From NCBI GenBank assembly GCA_036172245.1, contig JAYWIR010000005.1, positions 3,844,001 to 3,908,000 of the forward strand: DNA of 64,000 nucleotides, given 5' to 3'. Positions within the stretch are counted from its first letter, which is position 1. Every line of letters begins with the position of its first letter. Source of the DNA: Raillietiella orientalis. Lineage: Eukaryota. Under the pieces are notes generated by a model. The model saw only the letters and a list, made by a program, of their open reading frames with translations. It searched no databases and was not told the DNA's origin. The translations under genes and the position numbers were made by a program. Below, in pieces: positions 52,107 to 64,000 of the stretch.

Positions 52107-54100
52107 TTTTTCACTCGGATTTGCAGGGGCATTTATTATTAAAACAATAAAAGTGCAATCAATTTGTCACATGGAGAAATACTTGGTTCACCACGATCGT
52201 CTAGCTTGCCATTCTCCGGCACGGAGATCGGTGAGGTCCGTTCCAGCAGCGAAGAGGGAGAAAAAAACATACACACACAACAAACAAGATAGAAAAAAAA
52301 AGAGAGAGGAAAAGTTTGGAGGGGAAGGGGGGATGGACGAACAAGGGATCACGTTTCACTGGGAGACGTTCTCTGCATCCTGTTCAGGATGCTGATAAGT
52401 GGTGTTCTCACTTTGTCCAGGTGGAGCCATCTTGAGGCGGTCTTCAAAAAGATCCGCGCCCAGTGGACGGCGTCCCTTCCGTTCTGGCTCTTCTTTCGGC
52501 ATTCCAGGCTGCCACGATTCCGCGGGTACAGCAGAGGTCGGAGAGTGGCGAGGTGGGCAATCGGGATGGACGACACGCCGAAAGTGGAGACTGTGAGAGG
52601 GCTGTTCGAAGGAGAAGACGGCGTGCCCCGCTGCAACCCCACCTTCCGGGTGATCGTCACCATCTTCCCGAGGAGCATCCTCTTCAGGATGATGCTGACG
52701 AGAGACCACGAGAGCAACGCCCGGGACATCTTGCAAGGACTCCTGAAAAGAAAGTCGACGTTCGGGCATGCGGGAGAGTACCTTCCTGGACTCTCCTGCA
52801 CTGTCTAAGAATGCTAAACTGCGCGACTCGGGTGGTGTAGTGTCTTTTACCCGCGTGGGCAGCAATAACCTGCAAACGACCCAGAGGTCACGAAAATGAT
52901 AGTGTGTCTCCTTGTGCATGTTTGCTTTGTGTAGGATATTTAGACAAATTCACTCCACCCGAGTTGGACTGGGGAGAAGAAGGCGTAGCGAGCCCCTGAC
53001 TGCCCTGCACGGCCTTGCTACCACTCTTGGCCCTCGACCAGAACCTGAGAGGTCTCCCGGTCAGCGGTCCGACCAACGCGGACCCATGACCAACGAGCCA
53101 TATCTCACAGATCCGCTCTTGGGACCCACTGTGCGCCCGCGCGGAAGGGGAGTGGGGGGCAATGACGAGCGGCCCGCTACAGCAGATTCCTTCTCGCACA
53201 GTGGGCGAAGGGGTTCCAGAGCGTTCGACGAAAGGGGCGTCACCAGAGGTGAAGGTCTGCCAAGGGGTCAGCCGCTTCCGCTTCGGACGACCCTGGAGCA
53301 CTTCCGGTGCAATTCAGCGGAGGAGGCGCAACCGGGCGGGTGAGGAACGTTTTCTCCAGCGCTCTTCGCTGCCCGCAGGACGAAGGAAGGAAGGAAAACA
53401 GAGGAGACGTCGTCAGCGGTCTGCAAGGGTCGAAGGGATCGTCAACCCTTGGTCCTTTCCCTGCTGCTACTCCTGCTGTGCTGTGGATGGGAGAGACAAA
53501 CCGGAGGGAGCGGATGAGCAGCGTGTAGGGAAGCGAACTGATGCCATCTGAAGGCTCATGGGGGGGGAGGGGGGAGGGAAATAAGCAAGGCTGCACGCAT
53601 GCTCCGCCGCGTCTGACTCCTCCTCCTCCTCCCACTCCTACCCCACCCCCTTCGCCGTCGCTAGTTGGGCGTGACTCCATCGACCAGCCTTTGAAAGAAG
53701 AGAGGAGGGGGCCGTCTCTCCGAGGCGCTCCCGGTCGTAACGGGCTAACCCTGCACGAAGTTCCCGTGGGAGCCTCCGGCAGAGCACAATAAGGTCGCCG
53801 CGTTCCCGGAACCGGATGCCCCCCCCTTTTTTCCCGCCTCATTGGGGGTGGGACGGGGAGATTCTCTCGGCCTTACGATGTTCCTGGCCGAAGAGAGAGC
53901 GGACCCCCGTGCCCCAGAGATGTCACCGGGATCGCAGCTCGGGAAGGTTCGTCAGGTCTGGTCAACTGCCGACCCTACCTTACAGGTAAGAGTGGCTGCT
54001 TAGACCGCCCTTCCCTGTCCACTTGACCTGTCTCGGGACACTAATCCCTTCCCCATTCTCCCAAACCTGACCTAACCTACTCTAGATCGCCCTCTCTTAT
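52107..54100 (-). mobile_element. LINE copy: ORF2 C-terminus (zf-RVT) and 3' UTR, joined to a probable ORF1/5' UTR segment
   Basis: RDLWVVCRLLLPTR and QNGRDAVHWARIFLKTASRWLHL. Nucleotide homology between 52345-52510 and 6125-6290. Ends in ccgagtgaaaaa. Assignment of 53300-54100 is tentative. Confidence 0.75.
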
Positions 54101-56876
54101 ACCTAAGCACTCCACCTTGTAGAGTCCACTCGCTCACTTCTCATTGGACACCCTGCCCCCAGGCCGTCCTTGTTCGTGCGTTCTCTCGAGTGTGCCCTGG
54201 GGGCGTCCGCGTCCGCACCCCCTCTGCCGGATTCGACTCGACCAGACCTCGACTTGACCATCCCCATGCCACCGCACGGGGGATGCACGGGGAACGGGCG
54301 TCGCAAGGTTGGCGGACGAGACTCCTGATCAACCGACATGCGTGCGCGTGCCTCGGCGGCACGCGCGCGCCCGAGGCGCTTCTTCCCCCCCGTGACGCGC
54401 TCGCACGCTCCCTTCCCCCCTTCCCCCTCCCTTTCCATTCGCACGCTCCCCCTCCCGGCCACACCCTCCTCTCGCCCAGGACTCCCGCGTCCAGAATCCA
54501 GCTGCGCAGACATGCCATGCCGCAAGAGGGCGCGTGTGCTCTCGCGTCGTGTGCCGCGCGTCGTCCCTCGGCACGCGCACTCCCGTGCACGGCACGCGTC
54601 ACTGCTCGCGCTACGGCATGCTCCTTGACTCCAGTGGGGGCGAGACCACCGTGGGCATTTTGTCCTGTGCGAGGGTTGGGCCCGAGGGACCTCCCGTCGC
54701 CGACTTTCCAGACCAACCGCCGCCTCGCTAGAGGGATGGGGATGGGGTGGGGGATAGGGAGAAGGGAACCCCTCCCCCTCCCCTTCCCGCCCCTCAGACT
54801 TTCCTCGCGCAAACGCTCTCGAGGGATGGCTTCTGGGGAGGTCTCTGCAGGGCGTTTCTCCGGGCAACCCGGTCTCTGCTGCCTATGGACCGGCGACGAC
54901 GCCCAGCAGCCAGGAAACCCTCCGTTGAGACTTGGTCGGCCTTGGGTGGCGCTCCTTAACGACGGCGTGTAGGCGGGAGGGCGGGCGTTCGCTCTTGTCG
55001 CCGCCAGTTCCGCCAGCTCCGTCCGGCTTCCGTCGCTCCGGGGGATGAAGCAGGAGGGGTGGGGATGGGAAGGAAGGAGTTGTTGCTTTTCTTCCCTCTT
55101 CCCTCCTCTCTCGACACCCCGAGAGCCATGGGATAGGTGGCGGATCTCACCCCGCGCTCCGAGGAGCAGGCCACGCGTCGCTGTTAGCGCTCGCAAGCTT
55201 CAGTGCCTCCTCCGGCCAGGACGGCAATCGTTTCGTTTGTCGCGCCGGCAGGAAGGTGGTGAGGCGCCCCTTGGAAGGATCGAAGCATCAGGGAAGGGGA
55301 GTGGGGGGGAAGGGAGGAGACCTGGGAAGCTTTGCCGCTGTTGCGATACTCTCCTTCGCTTCCCCCTCTCTTCACCTCTGCTCACGGGGTGAGAGCGAAC
55401 GCCTCCCTGATTTTTTTCCCTCTTTTTGAGAACACCGCGCTCCTGGGGACGACCGCCAGGAAGAAAGCTGCTGCCTCCGTGGGGCCAGTCGTCCGCGGAT
55501 GGACCTCCGGATCCCGAAAGAAAGGATCAGGCTAAGTAGATGGAGAGGGGGGGAACAATGCAGCGCGAGCATCGAGCTTCTCCCCCCACATCTCTCACTT
55601 TTGGCCGCCGGTTCCCCTTCACGTTTCCCGTTGCCATGGCAGCCTGCCTCGCGCGACCGTCTTCGGAAGGCCGCTTCAGGGGGAGCAGCCCTGGCAGAGG
55701 GGGAGGGACGAGACGCGCGCTTCCTGTCTGCGACACGACCGCAGCGAAGGAACGGCCCGACGACTCCGCAGGACGACCACTGTCGAAGATCCAGCAGACC
55801 TCGTACGAGCAGCGGCGGCATCCACCCTCCGTCCTCCCCGGCTTCCAGCTCCTGCCCATCTCACAGCCGCGACGGCTCGCCTGAGACTCCACCGGGTAAA
55901 GGGAGCCGGGATTCCTCCTCTTCTTCTTCCGAGAAGGCGAGCATCCTGCTTGCCCAGCCCCCGGGTGAGCAGGCGGGAAGCGTACCCGTCCGGAGATCCG
56001 GGGAGGCAGCGCATCATTCTCGGCGCCGAAGACGGGCGGAGCGGCCGAAGAGGGGAAGAGGCGACCGCCAGGACGCATTTCGACAGCGGGCCGCAGTGAA
56101 CAGCCCTGAACGCCCACCTTCGAGTGCAGCTCTTGGCAACGGACGTGTCGCAAAGCCCTCCCCCCCCCTTCTCTTCCATGCCCCACCTCGCGACCCTTTT
56201 CTCACCCCATGGAAGACGACGGCAGAGGTGGCGCGATGCGGGAAGCAGACAGGCCCCGTCATACCGCCCGACTGTGGACGGTGTGGACTTTCCCTGGCGG
56301 GATGAGGGTGGAGGAGGAGGGGAACAGAGGAGCTCAACCCGTCGGGTCAGACGCGGTGGGCGTGCGCGCGCGGGGCGTCGGAACTCCCGTGTCCGCAGTC
56401 TCTTCCGGGAAAGCACCGTCCTCCCAGGAGGGAATTTCGGCGGATAGGTAGGAGGGGAGTGAGGAGCTCCTCTCCGGTGTCGCCATCTGCCGGAAGGGGC
56501 GCCGTGCTTCCCCGGCGAAGCACGGCAGCTTCCCTCCGCGCTAACCAGGGCGCGGGGCGCCACCGAAGGGAAGGCGACGGGATCAGGGAGAAGAGGTGGA
56601 CGAGGTGGAGGCAAGTGGGGCACAACCCCTTCCCTTCCTTCCCGCGCGCACGCGCGATATGAGGAACGGCGGGACGGTCGCTGCCTCCGTGCGCTGACCC
56701 GATGCTGTCGCGCGTGCGCACGCAGGGGGGAGGAGGCAAACAAAGGCGCTTGGCAGAGAGCAGCGCGCCTCAGTTCCCGTGCAGCTGTGCGCGGGTAAGT
56801 GTCGTCTTGGGAACTGTAGCCCGCAGTGCTCTCCCGCCGCGCGCGCCCTTCTCCCCTCCTCGGCGAGGTGGCGACG

Positions 56877-57565
56877 ATGATGGCGAGTGACGCCCCCGCT
56901 GCAGGGGAGGCCGGCCGCGGGCGCCTGCGCAACGTGCTGACGGTGCTGGTGAGCGATAGTGGCGCCGCCGACGGGGACGGCGGCGGAGAGGACGAGGACG
57001 AAGACAGTGGCCGCAGCAGCTGCCCCCGTGCCCGTCGCCGCGTCCGCGACGAGAGCGCCTCCGCTGCTGTCGACCCCACCACCACCACGCTCACCCCCGA
57101 CGGTCCCCCTCTCTCGGAAACACGTGCTCCCCCTCCCTCCCGTGCCAAGCCGCCCCCGCCCCTCCACGACGGCGGCGGCGGCGACGATGACGACGACGAC
57201 AACAACAACAACAAAAAGAAGAACAAGAACAGCAACAACGATGACATCAACGATGAAGACGACGACGGTGACGCAGGCCGGCGACCACTCGCAGAAGAGC
57301 AGCGCCACCAGAGGCGACGGCGCGATAGGAGGAGGTGCAACGACAGGAGGGGAGGGGCGGCCGGGCGCCGGGGAACCGGTCCACCCACCCCCTCGGAGCG
57401 CCTGCCGGACATCCTCAACGCGCACCTGCCGCCGCCTTATTCCACTCTGCCCAACCAGACCGAGCGCAGCGCGGCTGTAGGGTTGCCTCCCCACGCCGTG
57501 GTCGCCGCTGTCCCTCCGGTCATCCCCTTGCACTTCGTGGGAAGAAGCCACGCTGCGAGCCGGAG
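56877..57565 (+). CDS. Probable first coding exon of an uncharacterised PPxY-motif protein with poly-D/N/G tracts
   Basis: An ATG-initiated frame of about 229 codons ends at a consensus donor (GGAG|gtgagt, 57566). It contains ERLPDILNAHLPPPYSTLP and in-frame trinucleotide tracts. Downstream exons are not confidently found. Confidence 0.65.
57166..57272 (+). repeat. Compound trinucleotide microsatellite (GGC/GAC/AAC/AAG)
   Basis: gacggcggcggcggcgacgatgacgacgacgacaacaacaacaacaaaaagaagaacaagaacagcaacaacgatgac encodes GGGGDDDDDDNNNNKKKNKNSNNDD. Confidence 0.9.
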
Positions 57566-60500
57566 GTGAGTGCCTCTCCCTCCCCACCCACCCCCCTTCC
57601 CCTTCCTCACATTGCTCCGCCTGTTTTTGAGCGAAGGGAGCGGCGCTCTCTGTTCCCGCCGCTAGAGGCGAACGCAAATCCGGCGGTGGGCCGAGCGGAC
57701 GCGCATGCGTCGCTGCGCCTGCATGCCATCAGGCGAGGCGTGCGGGTGCGTCTCTTTTTCGCCGGGGAAAAAACAAAACAAAACAAAAAAAAACAGCGAA
57801 GCTGAGAGCCTCCGAGGTGGCGAACGGGGGAGGAGGACACCTCCGGACGTCCCCTTCCTCCATGTGCGTCCAGGTGGTCCGCCCCTCGTGGCGCGAAGCT
57901 CACTAAAGGGAGGATTGGAGCGAGCGAGATTGCCGGTCGGCGGCCATCCGCTCACCGCGTTCGCTCGCTTATCCCAGAGGTCATTACACCGTGCGTGTCT
58001 CGGAACGCACTCGGGGTGAAACGGGTCCTCCGTCGCTCTCGCAGCGGCAGCTCCGCCGTGCCAGGGGAGTTATACCACCCGTTATGTGTGCCGCGCGCTC
58101 TCTTTCACACATCGTGCTCAGACATCTCCTCCTCCTCCTCCCTCATACCTGCTTGTTGCGCGAGAAACATGCCGGAGTGTCACGAGTTCTCCATCTGTCG
58201 CGCGCGGGTGGACGGTCACTGTCGATCCTGGGCCGCTCCGGGATACGTCGCTCGGTGCTGCAGCCTCCGACGCGTTGCGGGGGATTTGCGCTTCTCCTCG
58301 CTCTTTGCTTTTCCCGCCCCGGTGTCCCTCGGCAGCGAGACGCGGTGCCTCATTGTTGAGATTTCATGATTGCCAGGCTTGCACAGCTTCCGCCGTATTC
58401 ACAGACGAAAAGTATGTTATGTGTGTTCATACCACATTTGTAAATCGTACCTTGCTGCCATCAGAGGTGTCCTACTCGATATCTCCGCTATAAAAAAAAA
58501 AAAGGAAAACGAAAACAAGCAAACAAACAAAAACCTTCCTCTCTGGACACTACAGCTGTGTTGCTGCCAAAGATGAAGAGGGAAGGAGGAGGAAGAAATC
58601 GGAAGATGCGTATTAGTTTTGCTATAATCTTCACGATGATGAACTCTTCTCGGAAACTTTGACAGAACGTGTGTTTCGATGGGAAAATCCCGGAAAGGTC
58701 TTCCATTCGATCTTGTGACGGCTGATTTTGCACGTCAGCATGCAAGTGCTTTAGGGATCAGACGTCTGGGTGTATCCATATTCGTTACAAATACCTCCCT
58801 CGACGGACTGGAATTTGGGAAGCGAAGACGAAATGGGAAACGGGATTCCCTAAACACGGTATTTATTCGAATACCAGGCGTTCCCGAGGAAGGCAAACAC
58901 CCTGTTCGAGGGGAAAGCGAAATTGGGGAGAGAAAGGGGGGAGGGGTAGCCCCTCCTACTCTTCCCCCCTCCGCTTTAATTTTTTTTCACCCCCCTCTGA
59001 ATGTACCGAGTCCGGGCATGGCAAGCCTGCTTCCTCGCGCGATGTTCGCATCGCATGGGTCTATTCATGCGTTTTCTCATCGTACAGTCCGCGCTGTTGC
59101 CAAGTTGACGTTCGACACATTCACGCAACGCCATCGGTTCGAGTTCCCCTTGCATGGATCCGTGGGTCACGGGTTCGAGGTGGCAGGAAAACCGAAAAAT
59201 AGGCGACTCCGAAGGCTCGTCGGTTCGTTCCGTGTGGGCTTTTCGTCCAGGAGATCCGTAGGTGCTGTCCTTTGGCTTTTCGTCCAGGCGATCCAGATTT
59301 CAAGCCTCTAAAAGAGATGTGTCCTGAATGGCGCTTTTTCTTTTTTTCCCTTTTTGTTCGTTGATGGTAAGCGGCGTCGATCCGCTCACGATCACCTTTC
59401 GCTCACGGTCAAGTGGAAGCTCCGTCAGGAGGAGAACAGGAGAGAGGAGGAGGAGAAGACAATCTTTCGAGGGGGTGACGCGCGCCTGGTTGTGCTGGAG
59501 TTGACCCCGTGGCAGACCCGGTGGAATCACCTGAGCAACCGCTCAGGTGGTTCCACCGACGTTTTCCGCAGGTGCTTGCAGCAGCTGACTGTCCTCGGCG
59601 GGCATCTTAACGGAGTGTTTCGAGGGGAACTCGCAAAGAGAGGATTCGAAAGGCTCCCGTCGCATGTCGGGTGCAAACATGCGGGGCGCTGCAGTTCGCC
59701 GGTGCTGATGGTTCGGTCAACACCCCATTGGGACTTTTCCGCGCGCTTTGCGCGCGGTCATCTTTACCGGCTCTCCGCGGCTGTACTTACTGGCGGGAGT
59801 CGTCGTGTAGCTGCGCTGCGTTGTTGCTGTCACCCCCCTCCCCTCTCCCGCCTCTCCCTGCTGGGCGCGCAGAAGGAGGGGGAAAGCATGGGGAACGACG
59901 AGGGAGCCTTCCCGTCGTCATGCACTCCTGCGCAGTCGCGCCGCCATCGATCTCGTGTTCCATGTCGGTCATGGGAGAGGGAAGGGAAGATCGAAGCGGA
60001 AGGACTCCGGGCGACAGAGCCGCCGCCAGGGAGACAACGGGAAGTTTCGACGTGCACGGGACGCGCGCGCCCTCCCAAAGCGAAAACGCCCAGAGGGGGG
60101 GTTAAGGAAGGAGGGGACTAGGAAGGCTGTTGCACCCTGTAGCTGAAGTACGGACCGACTGAGTCGTCGCCGCTCGCTTCGTAGGAAAGAAGGAGGGGGG
60201 GGGGAGCACGGGCCGGCGGCGGCAGCAGCGACAGTGCGGGCACGACCTGCCGGAGGGTTGAGCAGGGACGAGAGAAGCCACCAACCGGGTCAGCGACAAG
60301 ACCAAAGAGCGGCTTCGAGCAGTGGAAGAGTAACTCTCCCGGAAGTCTTCCACGGAGGCTGCGGCTGCGAAAGGGAAGGGAGGAGCCACATGGTGGTGGT
60401 TATCGTATCTTTTTCTATCCTTTCTCTTGCACTTCTCCCGCTCTTGGAAATGCGGCGGGGCGCAGTGTTCCGTCTGCCCTACGAGGGAAGGGAGAGTGGG

Positions 60501-62837
60501 TGGGAGGGTGTACGATCCGAGTAGGAGTGCGGCCGCACGCCCAGTGGCTCCCGACCGCCACCGGTGGCTCCATCCGACGTTGCGTTTGGCGAGGCGGACC
60601 ACCGCAGATCCTTTGTTCCGCGGCGGTCAGTGGTGGCCAGTGACCGGAACCGCCCTGGGGCCGGCGCGGCCCGGCGGCGCGTTGTGGTTCGTGAGCGCCG
60701 ATCCCGCCCTAGAAGCCGCGTCGTGGTCGGCCCCACGCGCTCGCCTGCAGTCGGAGGAGAAGCGGAGTCGCCCGGGGCTGCTGCGTGTGCGGCGCTTCGG
60801 GGCTCACGCGCTATAAGGGAAGCCGGGGTGCGGGGCGGCGCTGCCGCCGCTGAACAGGGCCGCTTTCCTTCCTTCCGGACCCTGGGAGGCAGCAGCGGTC
60901 GTGGGGACCGTGCGGGGGGACGCGCTCGTCCGCTCGGTCTCCGGTGAAAGGCGTGACCTCTGGAGGAACGCAAGGGCGCCGCCGGCACAGCTGGGGCTCG
61001 CTTCCGTGGGTGGCGCCTGGACGCAGAGCGTGGTGCGGACGGCCGCTGCTTTCAGCGAGCTCTCGCGGCGAAACGGCGGCTCTGCCGGTGGGCGGTGCGG
61101 CGGACCAAAGTGCAACCCCGCAGGATGCGGGGATGGGCGCTTCTTTCGCTACAGGCATCCGTTCCCGGGGCGGCGGGGTACCCGCACGGACGTGCTGGCC
61201 GGAGGGTTCGCTTCGAGGGAGGTGGTCGCCCGGCGAACCAGGGAGGAGGTGGAGGAAGCGGGGAAGGAAAGGCGACACCCTCGGCGTTCTCCCGCTCGGG
61301 ACTGGTCCCCTCCTCTTCCTCCTCCCCCATGTCTTCACTACGGAAGGAAGGAGGGAGCGGAGGAACGGGAAGCTCCCCCAGAGGGCGGTCGCACCGCGCG
61401 CGGCTCCTCGGGACGGGAAGGCGGGACGTCACGTCGGAATGTGGTGGAATGCGGGCGCGGAGGAGGGGGAAGAAAGGGACGGGGCGTCCTTTGGGGTTGC
61501 TCGGACGAGCTCGTCGGGGCAGCTAGCAAGCGCGTCTTGCTTTCATTGTGCGCCGCGCGTGGGGCGCCGCGCCCCTAGTTCTCCGGCAAAGGGGAGCTGC
61601 GGGAGGGAGTGGTCGCGTCGTCGCCTCAGGGGAAGGAGCGAGAGAGGGAGGAAGCGAGCGAGGCGGCGCGCAGCCCGGGCGGGAGGGGGGAGGGGCCACC
61701 GAACGGACGCACCTCGAGAAGTCGCCGGCGCCGCAGATTAACATTCCAGAGACGGCGGCTCCGGGGCAGGTCGCCAGCTTCTGACGGGTCGGGTCGCATC
61801 CTTGACGGCGGCGGTTGCAGCCGCCCCCGGCGTGTCGAGGTCGGTTCCCGGCGCTCTCCCGGGCCCTCGCAGCGAGCTAGGAAGGGAACGCGGCGGAAGA
61901 GCGGGTGCCGCCGAGACGCCACTCGCCTCCTGGGACTCCGCCTCCGCTCCCGTTTCCCTGGCAGCCTACTGGGAAAGCGATCCTTCCTCAAGGGGGAGAG
62001 CTCGGAGCGCGGGCTCCCGCGGCTGACCTTGGCAGAGCGCTCCCGTCTTCCTCCCGTGATCGAAGGGCTTCTCCATATCTGCTGGGAGGGCTGCAGGGGG
62101 GTACACCGCAGTCTCGTCGTCGTGGTGTCCGCTGCGCGCGCGTGCGCGATCGACCACTCCGCTCTCTCGCAGGTCACCCTCGCTCGCATTGCCTTCGCGG
62201 GCCCACCCTCTTGCGAAGAACGCGGGAGGCTGGAGCGGCCGCATGCGTTTATTGATCTGTGGTTCGGACGCACCTCCATTCTGCTTCCGCGAAGCATCCA
62301 GCAATCCGTTCTCCATTTTTTTTTTCATCCTTTTTGCGTGTCCCTGTAGAGTGGTGGGAACTCGCCTTCCCGGCTACCCCAGAACCTCGGGGATCATCAT
62401 CTACTTTGGATCTCTTCTGCACAAGAGCGGATCCTTGTGGGAAGGGAGGGACCTGCAGCTCTTTTTTACCTTTGCAACCCACGTCCGACACTGCGTCATG
62501 CGGACGTCGCTGTTGTCATGGCATCCATCCGTCCCTCTCCCCTGCTCATGCATCGGGAGACAGATTTTCTCCCGTGCGTTCAGAGGAACGCGCCTGTCTT
62601 CAGGGATGTGTTGCTTGCGATGCCGACGAACCCAACGGGGAGGAGACTGTGGAGGAGGGCAAAAATAGGGTGGTGCAAACATAAAGCGGCGAAGACGATG
62701 GGAGTCGTGGAGAACTTTCGACGCAGGGAAAGGAGCGGGCGCCCTTCCGCCATCGCGTCCCTTCTGCCGTCGCTCGGATGGGGAGGAGGGGAGGAAGTGT
62801 CTGGGGTCTCTTTCATCGCCACGCTGCATCCCGGCGA

Positions 62838-63046
62838 TTAGACTGCCGCTCCCCTTTGAACAGATGATTCCTCCCTAGCCAGCCGCGTCATACTATAACG
62901 ACTTGCCGAGACACCGTGGGTCTGGGGTTTGAGATCGAAAGGCAAAGACTGTTTGCTAATAGCTGACTCGAACGCTGGCAGTCGATTGTCCAGTCCGGTA
63001 TTCAGTTGATCGAAAAAAGAAAGTCCACGTGAGTTATCGATCTTTA
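62838..63046 (-). CDS. Possible terminal exon of an unidentified minus-strand gene
   Basis: Open frame KIDNSRGLSFFDQLNTGLDNRLPAFESAISK...GAAV stop, with balanced composition and an AG at 63047-63048. No homology recognised. Confidence 0.2.
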
Positions 63047-64000
63047 CTTGGAGCGTGGAAAGGAGTTTTCGTTTATCTCCTGTATCTCCACGTCGCATCT
63101 TTTTCACATGGACGTTCGAGGCAGCAGTGTAGGTGGAAAGTCGTGCACTGGTTTCAACCATGTTACCAAGCATCGTGGTGCTGGTTGGCGTCTGCGATTG
63201 CGTTCCTCACCCACTCATTCGAAAGAAAACGCTGATTTTCATCATACAGGGACCACAATTCGGTTTGTTTCTCGTTTGCGATTGGAAATCGGAAGTCAGA
63301 TGTCGGTAGCCGTCCGGTGATGGTTTGTGGGAAGTGCTCCGCGTGCATTTTATTTGATCACTCTGAGGACGTAGTTTGGTTCCATCCATGCAGCCACAGT
63401 GTTCTGTGACTACACGACTGAAACCAAACGAAATCTCCAATCCTTAAACTGGACATCGTTTTAAAAGCTCAGAATCACATACGGGCAATAGCGTGTTCTC
63501 AGCGGTGCGGTTATCCTTTTCATAAGTAACAACTTCCTTCTCCGTGAGTCAATGCACCTTTTTATATTTCAATCTCCGCCAAAGAGTGCATCCTGGGATG
63601 AAGCACGGTGGTCTGGTGACCAGGCAACCGCAGCTTGTTCCAACCTCACAACTTTGGGTTACCCACGTAGTATGCTTAAGCATGGCTTATCCAAAGACCA
63701 ACTGGAAAACGCACACCTAATTCGGTTTTAAAAGTGAAGGCAACCGTGCGGAGGAGGCTTGTTTCCACACGAGTTATTTTGCTGTGTACTATTACTAAAT
63801 GTACAGGTTTGAATTCGGACGGAAATCGCGTGTCGGAAATTCGAAGCGCTGATTTTCGCTCTGGGAAGAATTTGGCAACACCGCCCTGAATCGGACGCCA
63901 TGATGGTTATTCGTAGCGAGAGTTTCTTCCTGCAAAGTTGCTGATGTAGCGGATCTGCCCATACAGATGAACGCAGAATCCGAACTTGAAAGCTTAGGAG

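Noticed and set aside
59085..59165. tRNA-like A-box and B-box words (ttgccaagttg, ggttcgagttcccc)
   Set aside because: No acceptor or anticodon stems can be folded.
54100..62830. Many long overlapping ORFs, for example 55676-57418 minus (580 aa) and 54141-55196 minus
   Set aside because: These are stop-poor artefacts of high GC content or antisense shadows of the 56877 exon, with no domain motifs.

Overview
This is eukaryotic nuclear DNA from an invertebrate metazoan, probably an arthropod. It is not prokaryotic, so most entries in the ORF track are artefacts. Manual splicing recovers five conserved genes: GUF1, RIDA/UK114, the NRBP/Madm pseudokinase, a partial IQCK (split across kb-scale introns and mostly invisible in the ORF track) and BUD31. 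A GC-rich first exon of an unknown PPxY-motif protein is also present. Most introns in GUF1 and NRBP are only 37-53 nt, and one is GC-AG. Degenerate L1/Tx1-like LINEs occupy about 5.9-10 kb and 47-54 kb. The first LINE has a 5'-inversion geometry matching twin priming, and three divergent copies share a conserved structured 3'-terminal motif. Other notable items are an HGD rather than HGN catalytic loop in NRBP, a 20-bp minisatellite, a 46-bp palindrome, and a CpG-rich island of about 9 kb. I found no rRNA, tRNA or CRISPR features, and no firm evidence for a wholly new multi-gene system.
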